DNA from: Bdellovibrionales bacterium
GTDB taxonomy: Bacteria > Bdellovibrionota > Bdellovibrionia > Bdellovibrionales > UBA1609
Length of the DNA: 64,000 nucleotides
Reading direction: 5' to 3'
Assembly (NCBI GenBank): GCA_965200875.1
Contig: OZ241456.1
Span: forward strand, 736,001-800,000
Each line of letters opens with the position of its first letter. The stretch's first letter is position 1. The notes beneath the pieces are model-generated. The model did not search any database. It was given only the letters and a program-made list of their open reading frames with translations, and was not told the DNA's origin. Shown in pieces: positions 20,599 to 30,170 of this stretch. The position numbers were made by a program, and so were the translations under genes.

Positions 20599-20715
20599 CA
20601 CTTGGAATGAAGTTGCTTGTGGAGTATATTCAATCAACATATAATGAAGTTGCAAAAACAGTGCAGAGAGGTCGGAATAAGCACAGTATATTCAATCAAT
20701 ATATAATGAAATGAA

Positions 20716-21921
20716 GTGACAAAAACATTGGTTTCTAAGAGTTATAAAGTGAAAATTAAAAATTGGGAAACAATAAAAACTTTATCCACAGCGATTATGT
20801 TTATCGGTGTAGTGGCTTTTGTTATAGCTTTATTCACTGGTTTTCAGGAAAGAGCTTGGCATGCTTATTTGTTGTCCTATTTTTATTTTATATTGCTCTC
20901 TTTGGGGGGGGTGTTTTTTGTAAGTGTTCAGCATGCGACTCAAGCAGGTTGGAGTGTGAGCGTGCGACGGCTTTCCGAGGCTTTAACGGCCTATCTTCCT
21001 CTGGCTTGTGTGTTAACTTTACCTCTCATTTATGGGGCTTTTTCCCTTTATGACTGGTTGTCGGCGGATAAAGTCGCAAAAGATCCTCTTTTGGTGCATA
21101 AAGCTCCTTATTTAAATTTGCCGTTTTTTCTAATTCGTTTGGGTATATTTTTTGCTGGCTGGATTTTCTTCTCTAAAATTTTGACTTCTTTTTCTCTTAA
21201 GCAGGATCGGGATGGAGACGCAAAGTGGACACACAAGAGCGTAAAGTATTCTGTATTATTTCTTTTGTTTTTTACTTTTTCTCTTTCTTTGTTCAGTGTG
21301 GATTTGCTGATGAGTCTGGACGCACACTGGTTTTCCACTATTTTTGGGGTGTATGTTTTTGCAGGGTTATTTCAGTCTGTGTTTGCCGTACTGATCTTAC
21401 TGAGTGCGTGGTTGATTCAACAAGAAGGAGATTATCAAAAGTGGATTAATGAAAACCATCTTCATGATCTGGGGAAATTTCTGTTTGCCGCTACAGTGTT
21501 TTGGGCCTACATTGCTTTTAGCCAATATATGCTGATTTGGTATGCTAACCTGCCAGAGGAAACCACTTTTTTTGTTTCCCGTTCAAAAGGTGTGTGGGCT
21601 GGAGTGTCTGTTGCTCTTATTTTGTTTAAATTCATTGTGCCATTTTTAATACTTTTACCTCGTTGGGTGAAAAGAAAATGGGAAACTATGGTTGCTATTG
21701 CTGGTTTGATTTTGGTTATGCAGTTTGTGGATCTTTACTGGTTGATTTATCCACATTTTAATTCGGCTTTTCCGCGTTTTGGCTGGTTGGAGATATGTGT
21801 ATTTTTGTTTTTTTCTTCAGTGTTTATTCGTTCTGTGTTGACTTTCCTGCAAAAACACTCTCCAGTACCTTTAAAAGATCCGCGCAGGAAAGAATCTCTT
21901 TCCCACCATGTCACTTATTAA
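20716..21921 (+). CDS. actF: Alternative complex III membrane subunit ActF (NrfD-like)
   Basis: GWSVSVRR, YLNLPFFLIR, MSLDAHWFSTIFG, HLHDLGKFLFA, SQYMLIWYANLPEET. Confidence 0.88.
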   Translation: MTKTLVSKSYKVKIKNWETIKTLSTAIMFIGVVAFVIALFTGFQERAWHAYLLSYFYFILLSLGGVFFVSVQHATQAGWSVSVRRLSEALTAYLPLACVLTLPLIYGAFSLYDWLSADKVAKDPLLVHKAPYLNLPFFLIRLGIFFAGWIFFSKILTSFSLKQDRDGDAKWTHKSVKYSVLFLLFFTFSLSLFSVDLLMSLDAHWFSTIFGVYVFAGLFQSVFAVLILLSAWLIQQEGDYQKWINENHLHDLGKFLFAATVFWAYIAFSQYMLIWYANLPEETTFFVSRSKGVWAGVSVALILFKFIVPFLILLPRWVKRKWETMVAIAGLILVMQFVDLYWLIYPHFNSAFPRFGWLEICVFLFFSSVFIRSVLTFLQKHSPVPLKDPRRKESLSHHVTY

Positions 21922-22284
21922 AAGAAGTATTTTTGAAAACTGGGATAAGCAAGGGTTTATTACAATCCAAAATCTTCCAGCGGTGGAAAATTTAGGGGTA
22001 GGGGGGTGGGTGATTGTAGGACCTTCAGTTTTTCTATAAACCTTTTATTTTCTTGAAAAATGTGTCAATGAAAGAGTTGTTTACTCATATCCAGTTCAGA
22101 AAGAACTAGCTGAAACAACTTAAACAGTCTTGTCTTAAAAACTAGCTTTTTATCCAGTTTTATCTAGCGAGAGGTGTATTTTATCCCCTTCTTTATGATT
22201 TCCTCTTTTTTATTTTTTACAGCTTTCACAGATAGTGTTAAAAGAGATTTGGATAATTAATTCACTGTAAAAAAGGAGTATTTT

Positions 22285-22752
22285 ATGAAAAAATATATTA
22301 AAGGTATTATTTTTTGTTTTTTATTTGTTGTCCAAGGGGGCGTGGCTTCTGCTCATAATTTTAGTCAGGAATCAGGAGATGTTAGATTTGTTTCTACCTA
22401 TGATGTTATTCTTGATTTGCTTGATTTTTCTAAACTAGAGCGACTAGAGGAAGAAGAGCGACAAGAAAGGTTGAATGCTATCGCTAGGTTTTTTGATTGG
22501 TCTCAGGAATCAGGGGAATTTAGATCTGTTTCTACCTATGATGTTATTCTTGATTTGCTTGATTTTTCTAAACTAGAGCGACTAGAGGAAGAAGAGCGAC
22601 AAGAAAGGTTGAATGCTATCGCTAGGTTTTTTGATTGGTCTCAGGAATCAGGGGAATTTAGATCTGTTTCTACCTATGATGTTATTCTTGATTTGCTTCA
22701 GGATTTTGATTTGTCTCAACTAGAGGGTAAGAAAAACTATAAATATAAATAA
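22285..22752 (+). CDS. Small secreted protein with 46-aa tandem repeats
   Basis: RBS AAGGAG; signal peptide ending ASA; 138-bp unit starting at 22363, 22501 and 22639. Confidence 0.7.
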   Translation: MKKYIKGIIFCFLFVVQGGVASAHNFSQESGDVRFVSTYDVILDLLDFSKLERLEEEERQERLNAIARFFDWSQESGEFRSVSTYDVILDLLDFSKLERLEEEERQERLNAIARFFDWSQESGEFRSVSTYDVILDLLQDFDLSQLEGKKNYKYK

Positions 22753-23042
22753 GTCTGTTGAGGGTATGATTCCCTTTTCTTTTATTCACTTGTTTAAATA
22801 ATAAATAGGTAAGTGTCTCACTGGTTGTCGGGGATCATATCCTCTGTGCTCAAAATTGCTTTTTTGTGCAGTTTTGATCAGAAAAAAAGATGGACACCCC
22901 CCTTTCGCGATGTAAAGTGCCCCCCCATTTCTTTATAATTCCCTTTATATTTTCGTGTAAAGATTACACAGGGTTATTTTTTATTTAGTATTTTTCATAA
23001 AACTATGTATATTATTCAGCGAAACAAAAAAGGAGGTATTTA

Positions 23043-23576
23043 ATGAGATTGATAATTACTTTACTGTTTTTAAGTTTAGGTTTTTTAAGCTATGGCAACA
23101 GTATTCTCAATAATGTTCATCATTTTAGTAGGAATAAACCAGACTCTATAAAAAAACCACGCGGAAATCCTAAGTGTGTTTTGGAACAGGCAAATTTGCG
23201 CGATGATATTTTGCACATGGCGAATCTGACCGAGAAGGATTTAAGTATGTGTGATTTTAGTTGGGAGAATTTAAGTTATATGGATATGAATGGCGTGAAT
23301 TTGTACGGGGTAAATTTTACCGGCGCGGATTTAAGCTATACAGATTTTACAGGTGCTAATTTGAAATGGGTGGATTTAATTGTGGCAAATTTGAAAGGGG
23401 CAAATTTTACCGGTGCAGATTTAAGGTGGGTAAGTTTGACCGGGGAGCATTTGCACGAAGCGATTTTTACTGGTGCGAAAGTTGATCCGCGTTTGGGTGA
23501 TTATTTAACCTCACAAGGTATAAGTGGTTTTGTTGTTGTTGAAAACGACCCTGCAGAAAACATAATAAATGAATAA
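23043..23576 (+). CDS. Secreted pentapeptide-repeat protein 1
   Basis: A(D/N)LxG-type repeats; signal peptide; RBS AGGAGG. Confidence 0.88.
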   Translation: MRLIITLLFLSLGFLSYGNSILNNVHHFSRNKPDSIKKPRGNPKCVLEQANLRDDILHMANLTEKDLSMCDFSWENLSYMDMNGVNLYGVNFTGADLSYTDFTGANLKWVDLIVANLKGANFTGADLRWVSLTGEHLHEAIFTGAKVDPRLGDYLTSQGISGFVVVENDPAENIINE

Positions 23577-23606
23577 ACACTTTACTGTCTAGGAGGTAGA
23601 TAAATA

Positions 23607-24500
23607 ATGAAAATAATCATTGCTTTATTCTTTTTAAGCTTAGGTGCTTTGAGCTATGGCCAGAATGAGTCTGAGACTACCTGTAATATTAATAATTATC
23701 AAGACTATATCTATACGCCCGGAGAGCATCAGTGCGATTTGCGAGGCGTGGATTTTAGCGGGGCGAATTTGAGCCATGCAAATTTTTTTAGGGCGAGTTT
23801 ACGAGGTGCGAATTTTAGCAATGCGAATTTGCAAGGGGCAAATTTTCAGGGTGCGTATTTGGATCATGTAGTTTTTCACAAGGCGATTTTGAACTTTGCA
23901 AATTTTCAGGGTGCGTATTTGCTCTTAACGGATTTGTCCGGGGCGAGTACGCTCAACGCGAATTTTCGCGAGGCGAATTTTTACTATGCGAATTTGAACA
24001 GAACAATTGTGCGATGGGCGAATTTTCAGGGTGCGTATTTGCGAGATGCGGATTTACGAGGGGTGATTTTTTACTATGCGGATTTTAGAGGAGCGGATCT
24101 GCGCGAGGCGAAAGTGAGACCACCCTTGGCGGATTATTTAACCTCACAAGGTGTAAGTGGTTTTGTTGTTGTAGATTTTGAACAAAAAAATATAGAAGAA
24201 CCAGAAAACACAAATCAACAAATCAAAGTTATCCATATGAGTATTTTTGATAAGATTAAGGAAATAGAAAATCCAGAGGCACGCGCCCTATCGCAGGTGT
24301 TTGTACTCAAGATTCTTGATAAGATTAAGGAAATAGAAAATCCAGAGGCACGCGCCCTATTGTTGTCTTGGGTACTTGATGATCTTTATGAGATTAAGGA
24401 ACAAAAAAACCGGCTTAGTCGCCAAAATCAACTGATGTTAATTCAAACAACATTGGATCGTTCTTTGGCTACTGTAACCCAGCTTGAAAAGGAAGAATAA
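23607..24500 (+). CDS. Secreted pentapeptide-repeat protein 2 with a repeated helical tail
   Basis: ANFQGAYL repeats; tail with a 69-bp duplication (DKIKEIENPEARAL twice). Confidence 0.88.
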   Translation: MKIIIALFFLSLGALSYGQNESETTCNINNYQDYIYTPGEHQCDLRGVDFSGANLSHANFFRASLRGANFSNANLQGANFQGAYLDHVVFHKAILNFANFQGAYLLLTDLSGASTLNANFREANFYYANLNRTIVRWANFQGAYLRDADLRGVIFYYADFRGADLREAKVRPPLADYLTSQGVSGFVVVDFEQKNIEEPENTNQQIKVIHMSIFDKIKEIENPEARALSQVFVLKILDKIKEIENPEARALLLSWVLDDLYEIKEQKNRLSRQNQLMLIQTTLDRSLATVTQLEKEE

Positions 24501-24501
24501 A

Positions 24502-25206
24502 ATGAAATTAATAATTAATTTACTATTTTTAAGTTTAGGTTTTTTAAGCTATGGCCAGAATGAATCTGAGACTACCTGTAATATTGATAATTATCGAGAT
24601 TATATCTATACTCCCGGCTTGCATCAGTGCGATTTATCCGAGGCAGATTTTATCCTTGATGAGACTTTGCACCGTGCGAATTTTAGCGGAGCAAATTTAG
24701 TCGAGGCAAATTTTCAAGGTGCGGATTTAGTCGAGGCAAATTTTCAAGGTGCGGATTTAGTCGGTGCGGATTTTTATAAGGCGGATCTGAGAGGGGCGAA
24801 TTTTAAAGAGGTGTATTTGTATCCGGCGAATCTAATTAATTGGATTTTCAGTAGGACAGATTTTCGTTATGCAAATTTGTCCAAGGCGGATTTTTATAAG
24901 GCAGATTTGCGAGGCGCTGATTTTAGAAGCGCGGATCTGAGAGGGGCGAGTATGCTCTTGGCGGATTTGCGAGGGGCGGATTTTAGAGGAGCGGATCTGT
25001 ACGGAGCGAATTTGTACGGAGCGAAACTTCACACATCGAATCTGATTGAGTATTTGTTGGCCTGGAAGGATTTTCGTTATGCGGATTTTAGTGGGGCGAA
25101 AGTTGATCCAGAATTGGCTAGTTATTTAAAAGAAAAAGGTTTTAGTGGTTTTGTTGTTAGAAAACCACCTAATAAATTAAACACTTTACTGCCTATCAGG
25201 CAGTAG
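24502..25206 (+). CDS. Secreted pentapeptide-repeat protein 3
   Basis: ADLRGADF repeats; start at ATG 24502 (MKLIINLLF) by homology to the two paralogues. Confidence 0.88.
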   Translation: MKLIINLLFLSLGFLSYGQNESETTCNIDNYRDYIYTPGLHQCDLSEADFILDETLHRANFSGANLVEANFQGADLVEANFQGADLVGADFYKADLRGANFKEVYLYPANLINWIFSRTDFRYANLSKADFYKADLRGADFRSADLRGASMLLADLRGADFRGADLYGANLYGAKLHTSNLIEYLLAWKDFRYADFSGAKVDPELASYLKEKGFSGFVVRKPPNKLNTLLPIRQ

Positions 25207-25234
25207 AATTTCTACTACTCTCTTTTTGGTTTGC

Positions 25235-25267
25235 GAAAAGCCTGTGTATCTCAGCCGGGCTTTTTCG
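25235..25267. terminator. Possible bidirectional intrinsic terminator
   Basis: CGAAAAGCCTG...CGGGCTTTTTCG hairpin after the pentapeptide cluster. Confidence 0.4.
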
Positions 25268-25320
25268 TTACTAAGGGGCTAAAAGTGCCTTTTTATGCAG
25301 TTTTATGTCAGAGAAGTGGC

Positions 25321-25714
25321 ATGGGTGGCTTGTTAGGTGGAAGTGGTGGAAGTTCAGGTATGGGTGGCTTTGGTTTAAGTGGTGGTGGTTCTCTAGGTAC
25401 GGGAGAAGGCAATAACGAGGATTCACCAAAGGGCAATAAGATTTTGCATGGGTACGCTGGTGGCAATTTACAGGCTATGGAGGTGGCGGTGGAAGTATTG
25501 GTCAGAGAGGCCGGAGATTAAAAGGTAGCCCTAAGAAAAAACCACCAAGGAAACCTAGTTTTAAAATTCCTTTGAGTGATCTCTTTCCACCAGGAAAACA
25601 GATGAATCATAAGGTTGGAAAATTTGGCTCTCCACATGACAATATATTTCAGAGGATGAGTAATCGTTATCAGTTCAGTGGTTATGCAGAACAAATAAAA
25701 TCACCTGCAAATAA
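25321..25714 (+). pseudogene. 3' fragment of a glycine-rich protein gene with two frameshifts
   Basis: The Gly-rich reading continues in another frame near 25466 (FTGYGGGGG...HDNIFQRMSNRYQ); a TCAGT duplication at 25670-25679 disrupts the likely end WLCRTNKITCK*. Confidence 0.55.
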
Positions 25715-25930
25715 AGTAAGCAAAAGTTATTGTTTGCTTAAAATATCATCCATCTTGGTATTTGTGGCCGATAGAGCTATGTTCAATGATAAAACCTTAA
25801 GATTATGGACAATCTCTCTATTTTTGAATACCATAATTTAATAGAAAATCTGGTTTTAAAACGGCTGGATTTTATTAAGCAATGTGTAAATTTAAGACTT
25901 ATTGTAAAAATACTGATAATATCCAGATAT

Positions 25931-28387
25931 ATGAAAATTAAGGATTTTGCTACTGATAAGTTAGTTAAACTCTCACCAGAGGAGAATGTTAGACAGGAAT
26001 ATGAACGGATCCTGGTGGAGAGTTACGGCTACACAAAATCAGAAATGGAGATTGAGGTTAAAATTCCGCGCGGAACGGGTTATTTTCCGGATCGGGCGGA
26101 CATTTGTGTGTTCAAATCTTCATCTGGCAGAGACCCCACTCAAGATATTCTGGGAATTGTGGAAACCAAGCGTCCAGAAAGAAAAGATGGAATTTCTCAA
26201 CTTAAATCCTATATGACTGCAACATCAGCCATTTGGGGAGTTTGGACAAACGGAGATAATATTTCTTATGTATGTCGCAGACCTGGGAAAACTGATATTT
26301 TGGACGATTATATAAACGATATTCCCTCTAAAGGACAATCCATTAGTGACATTGGGAAAATCAAAAAAGCTGAATTGAAGCCATTTGAGAGGCAACATCT
26401 TAAGAGTGTATTTCGCAGAATTTTAAGAACACTTTACGCAAACACCAATATTAGCCGGCGGGAAAAATTAGGCAATGAAATGATAAAGTTGATTTTTTCC
26501 AAAATTGAGGATGAAAAAACATATTTTAATCGTCTTCCTGATTTTAGAGCATCTGCAGGGGAGCCTCCAATACAGGTGAAGGAAAGAGTATTGAAGCTTT
26601 TTGAACGTGTTAAGAAGGAACTAAAAGATGATGGTGTTTTTTCAGAGTATGAAACTATTACTTTGGATCCAAGATCTGTAGCTTGGGTGGTGGGACAGAT
26701 GGAGCGTAGAAGTCTTTTAAAAACAGATACAGATGTTGTTGGTGACGCTTTTGAAGTTTTTGCAGAGTCTCGCTTGGCAGGTGAAAAAGGAGAGTTTTTT
26801 ACTCCTCGTGGAGTGATTAAGTTGGCGGTGGAGTTAACCAAGCCAAAACCGGAAGAAATAATTTGTGATCCAGCCTGTGGTTCAGGTGGTTTTTTGATAC
26901 AGGCAATGAAATATATTTGGAAAATTATGGAAAAAGAACCTCAATATAAAGACTCGCCAAGGCTCGAAGAACAAAAGAAAAAAATGGCTAGTCGAGTAAT
27001 TTTTGGCATTGATAAAGAGTCAGATCTGGTAAAAATTGCCAAAGCTTATATGGCTATTTCAGGAGATGGGCGAAGCAATGTGCTCCACGAAAATTCCTTA
27101 CATAGTGCAGAGGAGTTTAGTGGTTTTGCCAAAGAAAAGTTTGTTCAGAAAAACAAGTTCAGGACATTTAATGTAATTTTGACAAACCCTCCTTATGGAA
27201 CAAGGACAAAAGTGGCTAAAACGGATACCAAACATTTTGCGCTGGGGCATAAATGGGTGAAAAAGTCGATGGGAGCTTGGGAAAAAAGTGGAACCTTCTG
27301 TGATCGTGATCCGTATGTATTGTTTATTGAACGTTGTCTTGATATGCTTTCAGAGAATGGTCGTCTAGCAATTGTTCTCCCTGAGACTCTTTTTCACGCT
27401 CCAAAGACAGAGTATATAAGACATTTTATTATGAAAAGCACTAGCATTGAAGCCGTTATTGGGTTGCCTCATAATACATTTCGTCCCCACTGCAATGCAA
27501 AAACTTGTCTTTTAATATTAAAAAAAAGAATACGACAGACAAAAAAAGTGGTTATGGCAAATCCAAAGGAAATGGGGCACGATCACAATGGGCATCCTTT
27601 ATTGCACCCTGATACAAAGGAACTGTGGGATGACTTACCGACTGTCATAAAAGAACTATCCTGTCCAGAATCAAAAACCAATAAATTCACTTTTACTGTT
27701 CCTTGGGATAAAATTAAGAAGTCCGGAAATCTTATTCCCTCTTATTATCAAGGCTTAATGTTTACTCCTGAAGTTTGTGAAAATCAAATGAAGGTAAGAA
27801 TAGGTGATCTTGTAGATGAAGGTATACTAGGTGCATGGGATGGACATGGTTCTCCTTCCTCTGAGTCGAAAGGAAGAGGGAGTATTCCATATATCAGAGT
27901 GTCAGATATTGTAAATTGGGAATTATACAGAAATCCTGTTTCAGGAATATCAAAAAATGTTTACGATAAAATGGTAAAAAATAAAAAGAAGCCTAAAGAA
28001 GGTGATATTTTATTTGTGCGAAGGGGAAGCTACAGAATAGGAACTGTGGCAATGGCCAGCTCTAGGGACAGTAATGTGTTATTAACAAGAGAGTTACTTA
28101 CTTTTAGAATATTGAAAACCAATAATCCTTATAAAATCAACTCCTTTTATCTTCTCGCTTTGCTGTCTTCAAAATTTGTGCAGGATCAAATCAACTCAAA
28201 GGTATTTGTTGACACAACATTACCGAATATAGGAGATAGATGGAAAGAACTTATACTTCCCATACATAAAGACACCCGGGAGATTCAGAAAATCAGTGTT
28301 TTAACTGAAAAAAGCATTCGGGCAAAATGGTCAGCGCAAAATATAATTCAGACAATAAGAAATGAAATGGGCGATATCATCACATAA
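25931..28387 (+). CDS. Fused restriction-modification enzyme (HsdR_N-type nuclease + N6-adenine MTase + TRD), type IIG-like
   Basis: PEENVRQ..RADI..IVETK nuclease motif; GEFFTPR, DPACGSGGF and NPPY MTase motifs; C-terminal HsdS-like TRD (IPYIRVSDI, GDILFVR). Confidence 0.9.
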   Translation: MKIKDFATDKLVKLSPEENVRQEYERILVESYGYTKSEMEIEVKIPRGTGYFPDRADICVFKSSSGRDPTQDILGIVETKRPERKDGISQLKSYMTATSAIWGVWTNGDNISYVCRRPGKTDILDDYINDIPSKGQSISDIGKIKKAELKPFERQHLKSVFRRILRTLYANTNISRREKLGNEMIKLIFSKIEDEKTYFNRLPDFRASAGEPPIQVKERVLKLFERVKKELKDDGVFSEYETITLDPRSVAWVVGQMERRSLLKTDTDVVGDAFEVFAESRLAGEKGEFFTPRGVIKLAVELTKPKPEEIICDPACGSGGFLIQAMKYIWKIMEKEPQYKDSPRLEEQKKKMASRVIFGIDKESDLVKIAKAYMAISGDGRSNVLHENSLHSAEEFSGFAKEKFVQKNKFRTFNVILTNPPYGTRTKVAKTDTKHFALGHKWVKKSMGAWEKSGTFCDRDPYVLFIERCLDMLSENGRLAIVLPETLFHAPKTEYIRHFIMKSTSIEAVIGLPHNTFRPHCNAKTCLLILKKRIRQTKKVVMANPKEMGHDHNGHPLLHPDTKELWDDLPTVIKELSCPESKTNKFTFTVPWDKIKKSGNLIPSYYQGLMFTPEVCENQMKVRIGDLVDEGILGAWDGHGSPSSESKGRGSIPYIRVSDIVNWELYRNPVSGISKNVYDKMVKNKKKPKEGDILFVRRGSYRIGTVAMASSRDSNVLLTRELLTFRILKTNNPYKINSFYLLALLSSKFVQDQINSKVFVDTTLPNIGDRWKELILPIHKDTREIQKISVLTEKSIRAKWSAQNIIQTIRNEMGDIIT

Positions 28388-28445
28388 TTATAATATGACA
28401 GGTATGTTGGATTGTTATGTACTTAAAGAAGGGGGTATAAAAAAA

Positions 28446-30170
28446 GTGAAATGGGAATTTGAACAGTATGGTGAAAAATCAGTTGAAAGAGATTCAAGCA
28501 GTGATAAATTTTTTAAAGAATCAACAGAATCTGATAGTCTCATAAGGGAATTTATACAAAACTCTCTGGATGCTCGTGCAAACAACAAACCGGTAAAGGT
28601 TATTATTCGAAAAAGAACTTTAGGGCAAAATTTTTTTCATTCTTTTTTATCCAGCTTAAAGCCACACCTCAAGGCTGTGGGTGTTTCTGTTCCAGATGGT
28701 AAAATTAATGTTATTGTGTTGGAGGACTTTAACACAAAAGGTTTGGAAGGGAAAAATCAACAGGATTTTTTTTATAAGGATAATATTACCAGCAAAACGG
28801 AAGGTGGAGGCAGTCACGGAATTGGCAAAGCTGTCTTTCACTCTTCAAGTAGCATTAAGAGCTTTTTTGGTTATTCTGTATTTGAAAATAACAAAAGTGT
28901 ATGTGTAGGTCGCTCTGTGCTCAAATCACACAGATTGAATAATTCCTTCGATACATTTCGTCCTGATGGTAGGTTGGAAATTAATACAAAAGAACATACC
29001 AATTTTATCACGGAGCTTTTTATGAGAAAGCAAAACGAAAAAGGGTTATCTGTGGCCATCCCTTATTGTGATATAGAGCTGAATGACATAAAGAACAGTT
29101 GTTTAAGACAATTTTATAAACCTATTATGAATAAAGAACTGGAAGTCATAGTTAACGATGAAAAGATTAATTATGATGTATTATTTGATTACATAGGCAA
29201 GGAAACTGAAAAACCGCTGGAAGCTAAAATCAAGCTGATATGGGAGTATAAAACTGCAAAGTCAAAAACATACAAAATATCAGAGAAAAACTGGAAACAA
29301 TCTAGATTTCCACAATTAAAGGAAGAAGAATTAAAGGCTCAAGACCAAATTTTTCTTATCAAGTGTGAAATTGAAATACCTTTTAAAAAACTGCCTCAGA
29401 CCAAAAAGTATGGTTCTGTAATCCTTCTTATAAAAAAATCAGTGGAGGATTCGCAAGATCAGATAATCGACTGTTGGAGAGATAACTTGTTGATTACCAA
29501 AGCTTTGGGATATGAAAAAAAAGAAAGAGAATATTCTGTAATTCTTTTAATTGATAATAATCCTTTAAGTGAATTACTACGAAAACTTGAAGACCCGGGA
29601 CACACTAAGTGGCAAACAGGACAAATGAAAGAAGATATAAAAGCAGAGTACAAAAATATTCAGAGCTTGGTCAAATTTATTAAAAAATTGCCATTGGAGA
29701 TCATACGTCAGATAAAACATCAACCTATTGAGCAAGACTCGAAATTTTTTGCTGATTATTTTCCTGAAAGTTCTTATGAAGAAAAAAAAGATATTACAGC
29801 AGAAGTGAATGGTGAAAGTAATGTGAGAGGAGGAACAAATGATATTGCTGATATGGAACCAAGCTTTCAGGATTTTAATTATAAGAAACACAAGAAAGGA
29901 GATGGCTTCAGGTTAACATTAAAAAACAAGACAGATTATCCTGATAAAGTGATAGTAAAAACAGCTTACGGCACCAACATAGGAAATGCCTTTAAAAACT
30001 ACGATGAAAGGGATTTTGAATTTGGTAAAGATATTAAGATAACTGCAAATAATGGAGAACAAATAAGCTCTAAAAAAAACAGTGCTCAGTATTCCATAAA
30101 CAATGGAAAATTTTCCTTAGCATTTTCCGGCTTTGATCCTGATAAGGAATTGAGAATAGAGGTAAAATGA
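28446..30170 (+). CDS. GHKL (HATPase_c-like) ATPase of unknown function
   Basis: LIREFIQNSLDA (N box), EDFNTKGL (G1), GGSHGIGKA (G2); GTG 28446 has a GGGGG RBS, alternative ATG at 28395. Confidence 0.75.
   Translation: MKWEFEQYGEKSVERDSSSDKFFKESTESDSLIREFIQNSLDARANNKPVKVIIRKRTLGQNFFHSFLSSLKPHLKAVGVSVPDGKINVIVLEDFNTKGLEGKNQQDFFYKDNITSKTEGGGSHGIGKAVFHSSSSIKSFFGYSVFENNKSVCVGRSVLKSHRLNNSFDTFRPDGRLEINTKEHTNFITELFMRKQNEKGLSVAIPYCDIELNDIKNSCLRQFYKPIMNKELEVIVNDEKINYDVLFDYIGKETEKPLEAKIKLIWEYKTAKSKTYKISEKNWKQSRFPQLKEEELKAQDQIFLIKCEIEIPFKKLPQTKKYGSVILLIKKSVEDSQDQIIDCWRDNLLITKALGYEKKEREYSVILLIDNNPLSELLRKLEDPGHTKWQTGQMKEDIKAEYKNIQSLVKFIKKLPLEIIRQIKHQPIEQDSKFFADYFPESSYEEKKDITAEVNGESNVRGGTNDIADMEPSFQDFNYKKHKKGDGFRLTLKNKTDYPDKVIVKTAYGTNIGNAFKNYDERDFEFGKDIKITANNGEQISSKKNSAQYSINNGKFSLAFSGFDPDKELRIEVK

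Noticed and set aside
20606..20712. Remnant of actE upstream of actF (LLVEYIQS reading)
   Set aside because: Too short to distinguish from chance and no heme-binding motif nearby
21995..22010. G-rich tract GGGGTAGGGGGGTGGG as a G-quadruplex, or as an inverted partner of the C-tracts near 22895-22927
   Set aside because: Only three separable G-runs, and the match to the C-tracts is too short and low-complexity
23657..24640. Near-duplicate segments in pentapeptide genes 2 and 3 as a DGR template/variable pair
   Set aside because: Differences are not adenine-specific (they include C/T and G/T) and no reverse transcriptase is in the window
23043..25206. Qnr-type quinolone resistance call
   Set aside because: The proteins have signal peptides and lack recognisable Qnr-specific sequence
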